Shown piece after piece: positions 40,203-53,520 of a stretch of DNA of 64,000 nt. This DNA comes from Lama glama (lineage: Eukaryota). The translations under genes and the position numbers were made by a program. Position 1 is the first letter of the stretch. Each line of letters begins with the position of its first letter. The notes under the pieces were generated by a model, which searched no databases, had not been told where the DNA came from, and saw only the letters and a program-made list of their open reading frames with translations. The stretch is taken from assembly GCA_028534125.1 (NCBI GenBank), contig CM052829.1, forward strand, positions 124,001 to 188,000. The letters run 5' to 3'.

Positions 40203-42729
40203 CTACCACTTCGAAGAAGCTTAGTCAAACGAGAGACAGAACGCCTGTGACAGTCGTGACACTCAGACTCAAGGCACCCTGGAGGATCCTCCAGAACACA
40301 GTCTGACCATGACCACTGACACCCAGATTCAGAAACCATGTACGGTGCGTGGTGGGAAGAGCCCCAAGCCAAGGGGCGCAAAGCCCTGTTTCCTGCCACA
40401 AAAGACAAAGGAGGGTAGGGCCCCTCTTCCACATGCCCCGCCACCCCCTGCCCCAGCTATGCCAAAGGCATGAGACCTAAATTCACTTAGGAAACATTCC
40501 TCTAGTGTTTACTGCGCTCCAGGCCCTGTGGACACATCAACGAACAAGACAAAGTCCCCAAGACATGCACCTCGAACAAGGGAGTGGAGGCTCAAGGTCC
40601 CTCAGGAAAGGACACCTGGGGTGTGCATACACATTTCGCAATGCCCCGAGCTGTACCCTGAGACTGAGTTTACTCTGCAAGCCCCGCAGCAGACACCCCC
40701 TCCCATCCCCCTGCACAGACTCCACTGGGAGGCACTCCTGCCAGCCAAGGAGGCAGGAAGAACCGGCTGCTGGCTGGCCACGTGTGCTGCTAGGTCACCT
40801 GCCTGCAGTCTCAGGCAGTGACAGCAAAGCCTGGATTTGCATCCACCTGCCTCCAAAGCCAGTTCCCCTCACTAGGGGACCCCACCCTCAACACCGGGCA
40901 CTTCAGAGTGACCTGGTAGCTGCCGGCAGTGTGCTGGGAAGACCTAATCGTGAGGCAGAACCGGCTTGTAGGCGGTGTCTTAGCCCCGAGTGCTCCTCCT
41001 CCTGGGCCAAGGGCCCTGACAGGATGGTCAGATCGAAGGAGCAACCCTGAAGGCTGGGCCCTGGGCTTCCCCTGCCCCAGTGCAGCTCTACAAACCCTTC
41101 CAGGGCAGTGAAGCACAGCATGAAAACCACTGCCACCGAACAAAGAAAAAGAAAATGCCTGTGACCTATAAAACTGTGTGCCTCATGTATCCAGAATACA
41201 GAACAAGACTCCAATATAAATTTTAAAATTCATGAGTTAAAGCTGAAAAATTCTATTCACAAGAGACTTCTTAGGCTCTAATTTATCATCTGTAAATTCT
41301 TCTTCTACATAGTTCTACATTTAGCTCCTAAGTCCACAGTAAAGAAAAGTAAGAAGTCACTTGAGGCAGGCGTGGGCAGACAGACAGGGGTGGGGGTGAG
41401 ACCTGAGACAGGTGACTGGGGGAAGCAAAGGGACAGGAGAACTGAGGTCATAACGGGGGAAACAGCTGTACATGCCTCAACGAGCCCTGACACTGTCTGC
41501 ATCTCAACACAACAAACTACGTTTAAAATGCTTACTTGACACAGTGAGGGAAAGTGTATCATATCTAGCACATTCTATTAAGAGAGCAGGGAAGTGCTCT
41601 ATTTTAGAAAGATTTCTGTCTTAAATGGGAGATTCTGGTGCTTAATGGGCAAAAACCCAAAACTAAACTATCCACAAAACTCTGCTGTTCAGTCACTGTT
41701 CTGTTGTCCTGGTTGGCAACCGTTTTATATGACTCACAAGAACGTACATGAACCTGTACTGAGTTAACTCTTTAGCTAAAGTACTGAGGGGAACCTCACC
41801 CACCTCTGGTGTGTTCTTTCAGGTTACAGCATGCACACAGGTGTGCAGCTGGACAGGTATGTGGAAGGACAGCTTTGGTCCAAGTTACAGTAAGTGTTCT
41901 ACAGTAGGAGTTCTCTTAAATGGATTCCTCCTTACTTGAGTCATACTTGTTTTTAAGGAAAAAGGTGCTTAGGAGCTGGGGTTTTCTGACTAACAATGAC
42001 CTTGATTTACTGTCTGAAGACAAACCATTTACTCTCTTTGCACATCACTGATTTCCTTATTTGTAAAAATAAAATGATTTCCCTGTCAATTTGGTGAATT
42101 CTAAACTACTACTATAAAATCCTTAAGAAATATCTTACTATACTTACATAATTAATTTCAACATTAGATAACATGTTTTATCTCTCTGAAGATTCTTCCC
42201 ACAGAACACCATACAAAGAAACAGGAATTTGCTTCTAAAAGCAAATGAAAATGAAAAGTTTTTTACACCTGTTACAAAGCTCTAAGAAAATAACTGATAG
42301 TGTAAAGGATGCCTGACTTGCAAGCTAATAAGGGTGAAATTAATTCCTCTGAATGGATTTCCGTGACCCTAGTTTCCATGGAGACAAGACTTGCTTTTAT
42401 GATCTCAGTTAAGTGGACTTCCCTTCTTTCCTTACTACCCACCTCTTCTTGAAGGAGGCAGATGCCCAGTGGTGAACAAATCAAACACACACTGTCGCAA
42501 GGCTCTGCCCACTGGGCTGGGCTGCCAATCTCTGACTCTCTTCCTGACTCAAGAGAAAACTAAAGCCAGGTTACAGCAGGAATCTGACCAGCTCCATTCA
42601 CTCATGTCTTCTCTTCAACCCTCAATAACAAGTACAAACAAGGAGGAGGAGCCAGAGGTGGTAAGGGGAAAGGCTGAAGGACAAGAACCCAGAAACCAAG
42701 ACAGCAGGATATGACTAACTGCCAATTTC

Positions 42730-42905
42730 ATAGGATCCAAGTAGCACAGGGCTTGAAACTTAAATAATTCAAAATCCCTCTTTAAAAAAAATACAAAATA
42801 ATAAACGTAAGGGCACTGAAGTCCTTCCCAGTGCCTGGGAAGGCACCTGTGGAAGTGAGGACCCTGAAGCCTGAACTTCCCTAGCTGTACGGTAAACCTG
42901 CCCCA
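42730..42905. mobile_element. MER53-like hAT relic
   Basis: ccctctttaaaaaaaatacaaaat ... aagtgaggaccctgaagcctgaacttccctagctgtacggtaaacctgcccc. Confidence 0.55.
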
Positions 42906-43859
42906 TAAATGACACCCAGATGCAGGCTCAGGGAGGGGGCAGAACCCAGATAGTAAAAACTGTAAGTGACCTCAGACGTCACCTACTGCAGTCTTCTCAG
43001 TTCGGATGAGAAAACTGTGGGCCAGAAGTGGCAGGTTAAGTGGTTAGAAACTACACAAACAAGCTGGGAGGTAAGGTGGTCAAGAAATGGTATGTGTGGA
43101 GATGAGCAGTCGGGACCCAACGCAGCCAAGGCGTTTCCACTGTTTTCTATGAACACAACCAGTAAGCAGTGCACAACTGGAGTTATGCAGATGGAGGAAT
43201 GGCACCGTGGGGGGAACCACCATGGCAGAGCTCAGGGCAGAGATGGGGTGATGGGGAAATCAACACAGAGAGAATGTGTGAGGGCTGTGGTGGTGCAGAG
43301 CTCCAAACAGCAAGGTCCAAATCTGGGCAGGCCAAAGAGCACATGTACATGGAAAGCCACGGTTCAGGAAAGACAGAGGACAAAACAAAAGGACGACACT
43401 GGACACGGAAGAACCACAGAACACAGCTGTAGACTAAATAGCAGGACACGTGGGAGGTGAGTGGTGAGGAATAGATGCTGCAGACCTGCCTCCCATCCGT
43501 GTTTCTCACCCTGACTTATCTACGCAGATGCTCAAGCCAAAAGACGTCCCTACACCTGCCAGACTGACTCTTCTAACACCCAGGTCTGAGCATCACATCC
43601 TCGCTCCCAGTTCTCTTGAGCTTCCTGCCATCCTCATCTCTAAGCGACACATTTTCCCGAAAGTCAGACTGTCTCAAACACGTACGTCTTAAACCTTCTG
43701 TTACCTCTGTAGGAATGAACGGCCTCCTGCCCCTCAGCACCTCCCAACTCCCGCTTAGTCGAAACTCAGCTTGAATACCCCTCCTGTATAGGAACTTCTG
43801 GCCCCTCCTCGGCTGACTTGGACAAACCGTCCCGTCAGCTACGCCTCACGTCACCACTA

Positions 43860-44950
43860 CCCCCCGCCCCGGCCTCTCCTTCCCCGAGGGCCCAGTGCTT
43901 GCGGGGTGCTGGGGCCCCGGCTCAGAGACAAGTTCGGAGACGCAAGCGCAGGGGTCGGAGGACACCTCCTCGGGGACGAGCGGAGCAGCCGCGCGGCCGT
44001 CCCGGAACTGCACATCTCTCGCCGGGGGAGGTGGGGTGCGGTCTGGCCAGGCGGAGCGGGCAGGGCGCGGGGCTGCGGGGTCGGGCGGTCAGGGAGACGC
44101 GTCCCAGGACCGCGACGGCGCAGCACCGCGAGCGCAGCCAGCCGCGCCGAGGCGACGGCCGAGAGCGGGCCCGGACGCCCTGGCCCCGGAGGCCCGGCCC
44201 TACCTAGAGATGCGCCAGCACAGCCAGCCGAAGACTTGCCCGCGCCGCCCTCCGGCCGCCGCAGCCGCCGCGCACTTCCGCTTCCGGTCGGGTGCTTCCG
44301 CTCGCGCGACTGCCCGGCCCTGCTGGGGGCGGGGCCTGCGCGGCCTGGGCCGGAGGCGCCGGTGGAAGAGATGCGCAGGCGCCGGGAGGCGCTGGGTGGG
44401 GGCGCCGGGTCGCTCAGGCGCAGCGCCCGTTGCCTGGGAAACTGCGCGCTGCTGCTGAGGCCGGGGTCGCGCGGGCCTCGGCTCCAGCAGGCGCCCGGAG
44501 CTGCGATCGGGCGGTGAGCGGGGCGAGCGCGGGCAGGGACCCTGACCCCGGAGGTCGGCCGAGGAGCGCCCAGCGGGCGCGGCGGGCTCGTCCCGAAGCC
44601 CGGTCCCCGAAGGGCGTTCCTGCCGCAGGGCAGGCGGTGGGGGGCTGAGCGGGGGCACTTTCTGCTGTGACCTTGGTGCGTCATCCAGCCTCGACCCGGG
44701 GCTTCGTCGTCTGTCGGTTGGGATTACGACGGCGCGTCCCAGGCCGCGCTTGCCGAGAACGCGGCGGACCGGCGAGCGCGAGGTACCGAGGAGCCTCGTT
44801 AGCACGGCTGCGATGACCGCCCGGAGCCCACGGAGTGGGCGGGCCCGCCAGCCTGGAGCCCGGCGTGGGAGCCGCGGACGGGCAGCGGCGGCGGGGGAGG
44901 AAGCGAGGCCGCGTGCCACCCGATCATGCGGGGTCTCCGACTCCCCTTAA
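43860..44950. promoter_or_regulatory. CpG-island, TATA-less FAM120B promoter with tandem ETS/GABP sites and a GC box
   Basis: Dense CpG; CACTTCCGCTTCCGGT (ACCGGAAGCGGAAGTG on minus) at 44273-44288; GGGGCGGGGC at 44326-44335. Confidence 0.85.
44204..44290 (-). other. FAM120B: Probable non-coding exon 1 of FAM120B (5' boundary approximate)
   Basis: Minus-strand donor TAG|GTAGGG at 44204/44203 inside a CpG island, just downstream of tandem ETS motifs. Confidence 0.65.
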
Positions 44951-45939
44951 GGAGTTCGGACTCTGGAAGCCACCGTCTCGACCTTGTTTCTGCAGCTGCT
45001 TTAAGACCAGTAAGGTTCACATTAAGGACATGCTCCCTTGGGCGGGAGATAAGGGACGCTTCAGGTGACGCACGGTTCCCATTCCTCTAGCCACAAAGCC
45101 ACCCTTTTCTAACCAAGAGGACATTTTGGTAGCCAAGTGTGGTAACAGAAAAGTAACCCTGAGACCAATCTAGCTTACTTTTTAATGTAAATATTTGACA
45201 AACTTCAATTAATAATATGGGTTGCTTAAGATGTGTCTCAAAACCTACCTTTACACAAGACATATATCAGGAAGCCTGCTGGAAGCCGCAGGGAGCTAGA
45301 GGCTTTAATCAGGGAGGTAAGACCGCCAGATGTTGTTCCTTCAGAATCTCTTGCAGATTAATCATTCAAACAGCATTGCCAAACTGAAGTGACACGATTT
45401 GTGTGTATTAAACAATTTGGGAAGGAATCGCTCCATTCTGTATATAAGACTTTAGTTTCCTGCTGTACTTTTTTTTTCTAAAATCAATAAACAGTGCTCA
45501 GTACCTAATACTCGTTGGGTGCCATAGGATCAGACCAACAAGTATGTGAAATGGTCCCTAGTCTTGAGCACATGAGGGGTTTGGGGAGACAGACTAACAT
45601 GCCTTAAATATCACAGAACCAGTGAGAGTAAGGTTTATAACATGTGTATGAAGAAGGCAGCAAGGAGACAATGTGAGAGCTGAGCCTGGAAGGAGGGTAG
45701 GATCTGAGACAAGATTAGAAGACGAAGGACTAAAAGGCGGAAGGAACAAAGCTGAAAAGAGATGACAGTCAGGATTCAGGTGGTGTGAGGGTGCACCTAG
45801 GGACCTGACTTGAGAGCAGTGACAGACTGCCCGCCAGACTGTGGAGGCAGCTGGGCAGGCCAACCAGAGCCCCCGCTGGCCTGCCACTGGATGGCACCTG
45901 GCTCCACCCCACAGAGCTTCCAGTGAGTACTTCTGCTCC

Positions 45940-47430
45940 CTCCTAAATAGACACAGATGACCAAGGATCAACAGACATTTGAGGAAGACGGGGGAAAAAA
46001 CAAACAAACTAAGAAGAGGAAAAAATGTTATTAAAACTTTATTATCTGCAGTCTCTGAAGATCATATTATATCAGTGAAAAAAGAAGAAACAGGTATATA
46101 AAAGAACATTCAGAAATAAGAGCTCTTGAAAATTGAAAAAACAATAACTTAAATTTAAAGATTGATAAAAAGAAGATAAATTTGATTATATCTCTCAGAC
46201 AATAGAACAAAAAGAAAAAGAAATGGAGAAAGAGGAAACATAAGAAAATTAGAAGATTAAGAAGTTGAACATCTGAAAAATAAGAGTTACAGGGAAGAGA
46301 ACAGAGAAAATGAAGAGGAAATTACTCAAGCAGTAATTCAAGAAAAGTTCCTAGATCTAAAAGATGTGTTCTCACATAGAAAGGGCCCACCAAATGCCCT
46401 GCACAGCAAACCTGTGAAGAGCCACATGAAGGCACATCGTCACAAAGTGTCAGGATACCAGGGATAGAGAAAGGATCTTAAAGAGTTTCCATAGAGAAAA
46501 AGGTCACATTTAAGAACTGGAAATCAGAATGGCCTGGAAATTCTCAGTATAATTCCAGGAAAATGAATTCAGTGGAGCAATAAATTTCAGAATTCTGAAG
46601 AAAATAATTCTAACATGAAATCAAAATATTAGTTTTAAATGTGAGTGTAGAGTAAAAATATTTTTCAGATAACACAACTCAAAAATATTAACTGCCAAAT
46701 ACTTATCTCAGAAGTCTGCTGGAGGATATTCTTCTCCAAAACTAAGAAGTCAAGTAAAAGGAATATTTAGGACCCAGACAGCAGGGAGTCCAAGAGAAGA
46801 GAGAGGTGAGAAGTCCCAGGATGAAAGCAGGAGACCAACTAGCTTGGGGCGGAGGCCTTCTGGAGATGCATCTCCAGGGAAAAGTGAGTCCATGGAATGC
46901 CTGATGTGTTTGAGTATTTTAAAAGGAGATCTTCAATGTCTTTGGTGACAGTATGTAATAGGTATGTAGTAAATAAGCAATAAATTAGTAAAGACAAAAC
47001 TGTACAAAAAATAAAATACAATTGTAGCATATGCCTCAGCTGTGAATAATGATTCCATAATTTTAATAAAGTAAATACTGGACAGTAATTTAATCAAAAG
47101 ATGCTATCACTATTTTTGAAAAATGAGAGATGATCTTGTATGGGTTCATAAACATGCATGTGTCTGGGTCTGGGAAATCAGGTGGAAGTGTTACATCATC
47201 TTCTAGAGTTAGGAAGGCCATGGACAATATACACAACTGGAAAAGAAAGAGCATTAGAAACTCTTAAAAAAAATAGAGCGAATTTCAAAAAAAGTAGCTA
47301 AGAGTTAAACATAGAGGAAGGAATTGGGAGTTTGAAAGCATGGTGTGGGCAATTGCTATTTTTTAAAATAAATCTAGCAATACTATTTGACTTTTTAAAT
47401 CTGTAAGTATATTACTTTGATAAAAGTAAA
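45940..47430 (+). mobile_element. HAL1 / ancient L1 ORF1-like relic
   Basis: Very A-rich degenerate ORF1-like sequence (aattcaagaaaagttcctagatctaaaaga...gaaagggcccaccaaatgcc) ending in ctatttgactttttaaa...attactttgataaaa. Confidence 0.6.
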
Positions 47431-48099
47431 ATTTTTCATTTTAAGTTTTAAAATGATTAAGTAACTAGTACAAGTGCTAGTAAATGGCACAACTGTTACT
47501 CAAACTCAAGTCTGTCTAAATTCTAAAGGCTCCTTAAAATTTTTTTTACTACTGCAGTACATGACAGTGAAGGAAAGGAAAAGCCAAAGATTACTTCCAG
47601 GTCTCTTTCCTGGGAGACTAAAAACAAAGTTGGACATAGAAATCAGTGTAAAAGGAACAAAGAAGTTTACGTGTGACCATTCACATCTTCCCCACCTCCT
47701 GCTGCACGCCACCTAGAGAGACCTTCTTGTGGCTTATTGTACACATCAGATTCATCAGTTTGGGGCAGAATCCAAAACCAGGGGAGGAAGGACTTATATA
47801 GAAGAGCAAACCAGGAAAGAAAAGAAAGGAAGGGGAAAAAAACCTGTAAGTTGAAAGTAGGGAGAAGTTGGGAATTAAGGGAGATGAAAGTGTTTCCCAA
47901 AAATTGGGAAAGGAAAAAACCCACAACCATTAAAACATACTGAGTTCTACATGGTTAATCCACATTAAATATTACAGAATTGTTTTATTGCTGAAGAGTG
48001 TCACGTAGAGAAATTGCCCCTCTTCCTCTACTAGTCGTCCTGTCTGTGGCTTCTTGGGCCCTCCAGGCTTCATGCAGTCACTAGAGAGAGGTAACCCAT

Positions 48100-48282
48100 G
48101 TTCAAGGCCAGCAAGGCAGGAATGCTGGGGCAGAAGGATGGAGGGCACCTTGTGCCTTGAAACCGTAGAGCCAAAATTAACAGTAAGACCACTCTGTCTC
48201 CTCATTCCCTAAGATGTCTTTTCCTTACAGTTAAGAGTACTGAATTAGGGCTTTCTATTACTTGCAGCCAAAATTATCCTGT
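48100..48282 (+). mobile_element. MLT1-type MaLR LTR 3' fragment
   Basis: ggcagaaggatggagggcaccttg...gggctttctattacttgcagccaaaattatcct. Confidence 0.45.
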
Positions 48283-48424
48283 TTCAGCTTCTGCCCATGA
48301 AAGAGTAATTCCTCCAGAACTTGTCATTCCATTCGAAACCACTAGAAACTAGATAAATTATATGAAATTAGTATTTTCTGATGTTAGGCAACAGGAAGTG
48401 GAGGATGGAGATTCTTGAAAGACG

Positions 48425-49110
48425 ACTATTCTTTGATAAGATCAATTAAACTGATAACCCTATAGCTGTGTTGAGCATGATAAAAAGATTGGAGACAGAG
48501 ATTATGCATGCTGAGGATGGAAGACCGTATCACAGATTTTACTTACACTGAAGGAGTTAAAAGGAAGCTACGTGAACAACTTCAGGTGAGATGATATATC
48601 TTTGAATTTTTCTTATTTTGTGGTTCGCTTTATTCCTTTGATAACTATGTAAGTTTAAAAAGCTAAAGCTCTGAATGTTCTTAGAAACAATGAATAATGC
48701 ATATATGTAAATTTTAAAAATATGTGCAGTATACTGTGTACATGCATTTACATGCAATATATTGTATATGTGCAGTCTAACTAACAATTCTACCTAATAA
48801 AACTGAAAAATGAAAAAAAAAATTTAGGTGAGACGACGAAATTCCTTGAACCATACAAATTACCAAAACTGATCAAAGAAGAAACAGAAAATCTGAGTAA
48901 CCCTGTGTTTCCTAAACCCTGTATTTGTTAAGTTGAATTTGTAAGTAAAAACCTCCAACAAAAAAAACTCCAGGTGCGAGTGCTCTCACTGATGAATTCT
49001 GTTCAAACACTGAAGAAAGACGTATTAGTCCTACACAAACTCTTTCTGAAAATAAAAGGCCAAGGAACGCTTCTCTGCTTGTACAGCTCACCTAGTGGCA
49101 GGAGGCAGTC
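48425..49110 (+). mobile_element. Old L1 ORF2 fragment, interrupted at about 48590-48820
   Basis: ttctttgataagatcaattaaactgataaccc; aaattccttgaaccatacaaattaccaaaactgatcaaagaagaaacagaaaatctga; ctacacaaactctttctgaaaata. Confidence 0.7.
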
Positions 49111-50799
49111 TGATGTCACCTGGGACCTCTAGCCCCTTGAGCAGCGGGTGGATGGATGAATAAAAGGTAAATGAACTGGCCTTCACGTTGCCACGTGCTT
49201 TGGATCTGACCCTGGCCCCAGCTGTGAACTGTGACTGAGATTCGCCGGCCGTGGTTTCCCTACTTGCCTTGAGTGTGGTCGGGTGGGTAGTGGCCCAGCA
49301 CTTATTTCTGGCCCCTGAGAAATGCAGGTTGTGGACCATTCCTAACATCCTCAGGCTGGGCCCTTGACCTGAAAACAGCCGTGTTTCTTGCTTCAGTTAA
49401 CCTACTAGTGTTAATGGGAACAGTTCCAACCACCACAAAAATCATAGCTTATGATTGTTCCTTAAGTATCCAAACTCTTAACCAGGCCCCTACCTCCTTA
49501 GCAACACTCCACCCCCCACCCTGTATCCATTTTGAGAGCACTTTACAGTCATTAGTTATTAGTGATGATGACTGATAAACAGCCCCGCACCTCCTACCCC
49601 ATTTTCCTAACACAGAAACCCACTTTGAAAGCAGATTTTGATGGTGAGCCAGTGCTGTCCCCATTCTGTGTTTCCTGGGAGGTGGTGGAGGGGAGGGAGT
49701 AAGAATTCAAATGGCAAAAAGGGAGGAAACTCTTGAAAAGCTGGAAAGTATGTCCTACATTTTGAGATTAGGAAACATGTTGATGTGAAGGTGAAAAACC
49801 ACTTGCCCAAATTTGTCCCCCTTTTTTTCTCCAATACTTGGGCTGTTTATTGGGGTCCCTTTCCCTCCAGCCCATTTATTGGAGAAGGGCTTTGCAAAGC
49901 CGTCTCCTAGCAGCCGAATGCAGAAGGCCCTTTCATAGTACAATGGACGGGAAGGAAAGAAAGAGCTTGGTTTGTTTAAACTGCCTCTGTCTTCATTCAC
50001 AGCCTGATGTCCGTCTGCATTGTGACACCCACAATGGCACTAAGGGATTCATTGTGGCCGAAAACAAACCAAAACAGAATACGAGATGCTAAGATAAAAG
50101 AGTCATGCAACAAAATTGCTAAAAAAATCTCAGTCTTACATCTGAGATTTATGTTACCTTTTGGCTGTGTGGCCTATTGACCAGTGTCTGTAATAACCAC
50201 CAGAGTTTAACAAACAAAAAGATAAATGGGAACTTGTACATTTTTAAGGCGTTTCCACAGAGAGGACGGGTATGTAGGGCTGCTTTGGAAGCTGTTTAAT
50301 AATCATCGTTCTTTGTTTGCACAACATTCGGGAGCCACCCTCGCACGTTGTGTTTATTTTCCTTCTGATACACATGCCCTCGCGGTGCCCATGTGGCCCA
50401 GAAGCGTCCCTGCATGGTCGCTCCCGCCCCCGCCCCCCACCTCCACCCCCTGCCCCGACCAACATCAGATGTTGCAGGAACCCACGCCCAGTTCAGCAGG
50501 CAACAGGTGGAAGGTTGAATAGCTTCACACGTTTTTCGGGATGGGGGTGGGGAGAAGGAGGGAAAAAAGGAGGGCGGGAAGGCAGGCTTTTGGGAGCCGA
50601 TTTAAGGATTAGATCAGATGTTATTGCTAGTGAAAAATTAAACAGCCCGGTGCTCTGGGGAGTGCAGATTAATATATTTAGTGACTGTGCGCACAAAGGC
50701 CGCTCATTGTAGCCACGTCTGAATGCCTGTGAATAGGATGGAACATATGCAGCCTGTCACCGCAGGTGCCCACATCTGTTCCTCTGCGGGCAGATGCTC

Positions 50800-51800
50800 G
50801 CAGAAAGGAGGTGGGAGGCAGGGGAGGACGGCGCAGTCGCGCAGGGCTGCTCGGGTTCGGCGGGGACACGCGGGCGGGGCGGGGCGGCGTCCAGGCGGTT
50901 CCGGCCCGGCCCGCGCCCCGCCCCGCGGACAGGTTGATTGACGGGCGCCCGGACCGGCGACAGGTGCCCGCGACCGCCGGGTGGGGCGCGTCCCAGAGCG
51001 AGGCCTCGGGAGGGCCCGCGTCTCCCTCGCCGCCCTTTCTTTCTCATCCTCATTGTCTGACATGGTCACGAGCTTGAGACTCCCAGGTGCGGCCGTGCCT
51101 CGGTGCAGGTGATCCGGACCCCGCCCCCCCCGCCGCCGCCGCCTCACTCCCGGCGGCACCGGGTGACCCGCCGACTTGCCCTCCCAACCCGGCGCGCACG
51201 CCCCTTTGGCGAGTGCCCTGCCTGCCACCGCCGCCCCCTCCAGGCAGCCCTCCAGAACGCCCACCCATGCCGCACCCCCTCCAGGCAGCCCTCCAGAGCG
51301 CCAGGCCCAGAGCGTTCAGTCGGGGGCCGCTCCGGCCGGCGCGCGGAGCAGCTGCGCGGTCATCCGATCCGGACAAAGGCGCCCGGAGCCGCGCCAGGTA
51401 AACAGCGCTTTGTCATGGAGATGAGCGCGGACCGCCGGGCAGATGATCCCGGGGTCGGAGGAGCGGCCTCCGCGCCGCCAGCTGAGCCACGCGACCGCCT
51501 TTCTCATGCAAACCAGCGCATGCCTCCGCAACCCCGGCCCGCGCTGCGCCCCAGGGCGCGGGGTCCCCGCTCCAGACCACGTGGCCGGGCCATGCTTCCT
51601 CCCCTCGCGTGGGTGTCTGTGCCCGGTGGGTGGAGGGGAGACCCGGGGGGAGGCATCAGAACCACAAATTCTTCCCTGGGCTCAGTCCTCCGGTCCCCCG
51701 CACCCTCCACCCCACGCGAACCTGCCGGTCACCAGTCGCGGTCCTGAGTGCCTGGGGGCCGGCCCTCCTCCGAGGGAAATGCCCCAGCGAGGGCAGGGGA
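50800..51800. promoter_or_regulatory. Orphan intergenic CpG island (enhancer or alternative promoter)
   Basis: High GC and CpG density with GC boxes; no recognisable protein in its ORFs. Confidence 0.75.
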
Positions 51801-53039
51801 GGTTGAGCTGTGGGGCCGTAATGGGTGTGCCGCCTAGCATTTATCCGCAGCAAAAGGGAAGCCTCGGTGTCTGAACAGAAGTTAGATCTGTCCCGCTTTC
51901 CTGCCGTGGACGAGTGGACGGCTTGGGGTTAGCATGTATCTTCCATAGAGCGATCCGTACAGAACTTAATCAGGTGCTGACACACCGTGTATTCATTCGA
52001 GTCAGTGTGTCTTGTAAATGTTCCTCTGGGGTTCAGTCCTTAAGAAGTAAGGAAATACCCCTAATAGCCAGCCGTACCAGTGGGGTTTTATCCGCAGGTG
52101 TCTGTTAAGAGCTTCCGATATGCACAGCAAGTGGGCCAGTTCCCTACCACTTCACTCGCTGCGGGATCCCAAATCTGTGACCAATGGAGAACGGGCAGAC
52201 CGATGTGTTGGTGGGAGATGTGACACTAACACCAATTAATAAGCTTGCTCCAGGGTCCCTTCTTCTTTTTCAAGTAAGCTGGCGTGTTTGATCAACACCA
52301 GACTTGCTGCCTGGAAGTTTCTTATTTTCTTGTTCTGAACAAGGACCTTAATTCTTCTCAGGAATAAGAGAACCTCTCTGTTGGGTGTACAGTGTTCAGT
52401 TGGGCTACGAAAACACAAACCCCGCTCAAGTCTCCAGACTTGTTTACACAGAAAACTGAACCTGGGGCCGGCTTAGAGTCTGGAGCCTATTCTGGCCATT
52501 GTTTACTGCAATCTGCCCAGACCCCCCTCCCCCCAGCCACAACCTCCACCACGCACATACCTCAGGAACACAACCTTTCTTTGGGCAAAGAGGGTGGAAA
52601 CGGGCTTGGGTGGCCACAGGAGCAGGTCACACTCACTGCTGAGAATGGGCGTATTTCATCTGATAAAGTGATGGCTGTGTGTTTTTATTCCTACATGGCC
52701 TAATAAAAGGGTGGATAAAATAATCAGGGTCTCCAGCAAACAGAGAACTCAGCTGTAGCTGTTGTGGCCACGCTTCTGATTACACAACCGAGGCTACTCT
52801 GGGCACTGGGTCATTCAGGCTACGAGCTCTGCACGCCTGGCAAAAATAAAACACCAACACCAGGCGACAAATCCCTCTCTCCACTCCTATGTCTGATATA
52901 TTGGGTGCCTTCTAAGCCCTAATGAGCCTCACTTTGTACAGTATATTTGCTGAGACATCAAAAAGTATTTAAAAGAAAGTTTCCTGCTTTTTCCTAATGA
53001 GCAAGGTGAGGATTTATGGTGTGTAGGGAGGAGGGAATC

Positions 53040-53420
53040 TGGCTGCTACAGCCAACACGGAGGCAAGTCTATTTAACACACTCTAGCTTAAGCTCCCTCC
53101 TGCATTTAGGGGGTTCAGAGCGCTTAGTTGCGGGAGTATACAGACATGCAGTTAGGGAGTGAAAAAACGCCATTTGGTTCGGAGCAGATGGCTGGCTAGG
53201 GGGCTGATGGCGTCTAAAGGCGTGTCATCCCCCTTCAGCCTGAATCCCTAAGGGCTCCCCTTGTCTTCCCAATCAATGAAAATTAAAGTGCAAAGAAAGG
53301 ATGAATAGTTGGACCTCGAGTCTCTCCTTTGTTCATCTCAGCTACTGGTGTGCAGGAGTTAAACTACAACAGACTCCTATAGAAACACTGAAGTTAAACA
53401 GTCTCCCGTTAGCTCAGCTT
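53040..53420. promoter_or_regulatory. Candidate distal neural enhancer of DLL1 (HI / DeltaN-like)
   Basis: Repeat-free sequence about 3.8 kb upstream of the ATG with paired Neurogenin-type E-boxes CATTTG (53171-53176) and CAGATG (53185-53190). Position fits the described mouse Dll1 upstream layout, from memory. Confidence 0.5.
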
Positions 53421-53520
53421 TGAAAGGGAGAGGGGGAGAGGGACCAAAGTGGGGGGGGGGAGAGAAGGAGAAGAAGATGGAGAGAGAAGAGGAAGAAAAA
53501 AGTAGAGGAAAGAAGAGCAG

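Noticed and set aside
42823-42843. Hairpin CCTTCCCAG-TGC-CTGGGAAGG
   Set aside because: Short 9-bp stem within a MER53-like relic; no evidence for an ncRNA or terminator.
43818-45068. Multiple overlapping 120-275 aa ORFs
   Set aside because: Stop-poor CpG island giving Arg/Gly/Pro/Ala-rich translations in all frames. The same applies to 50.7-51.9 kb and 55.4-56.9 kb.
51046-51063. MSDNED resembles the POLR2F N-terminus
   Set aside because: Similarity ends after six codons, with no further homology or poly-A, so it is not a retrocopy.
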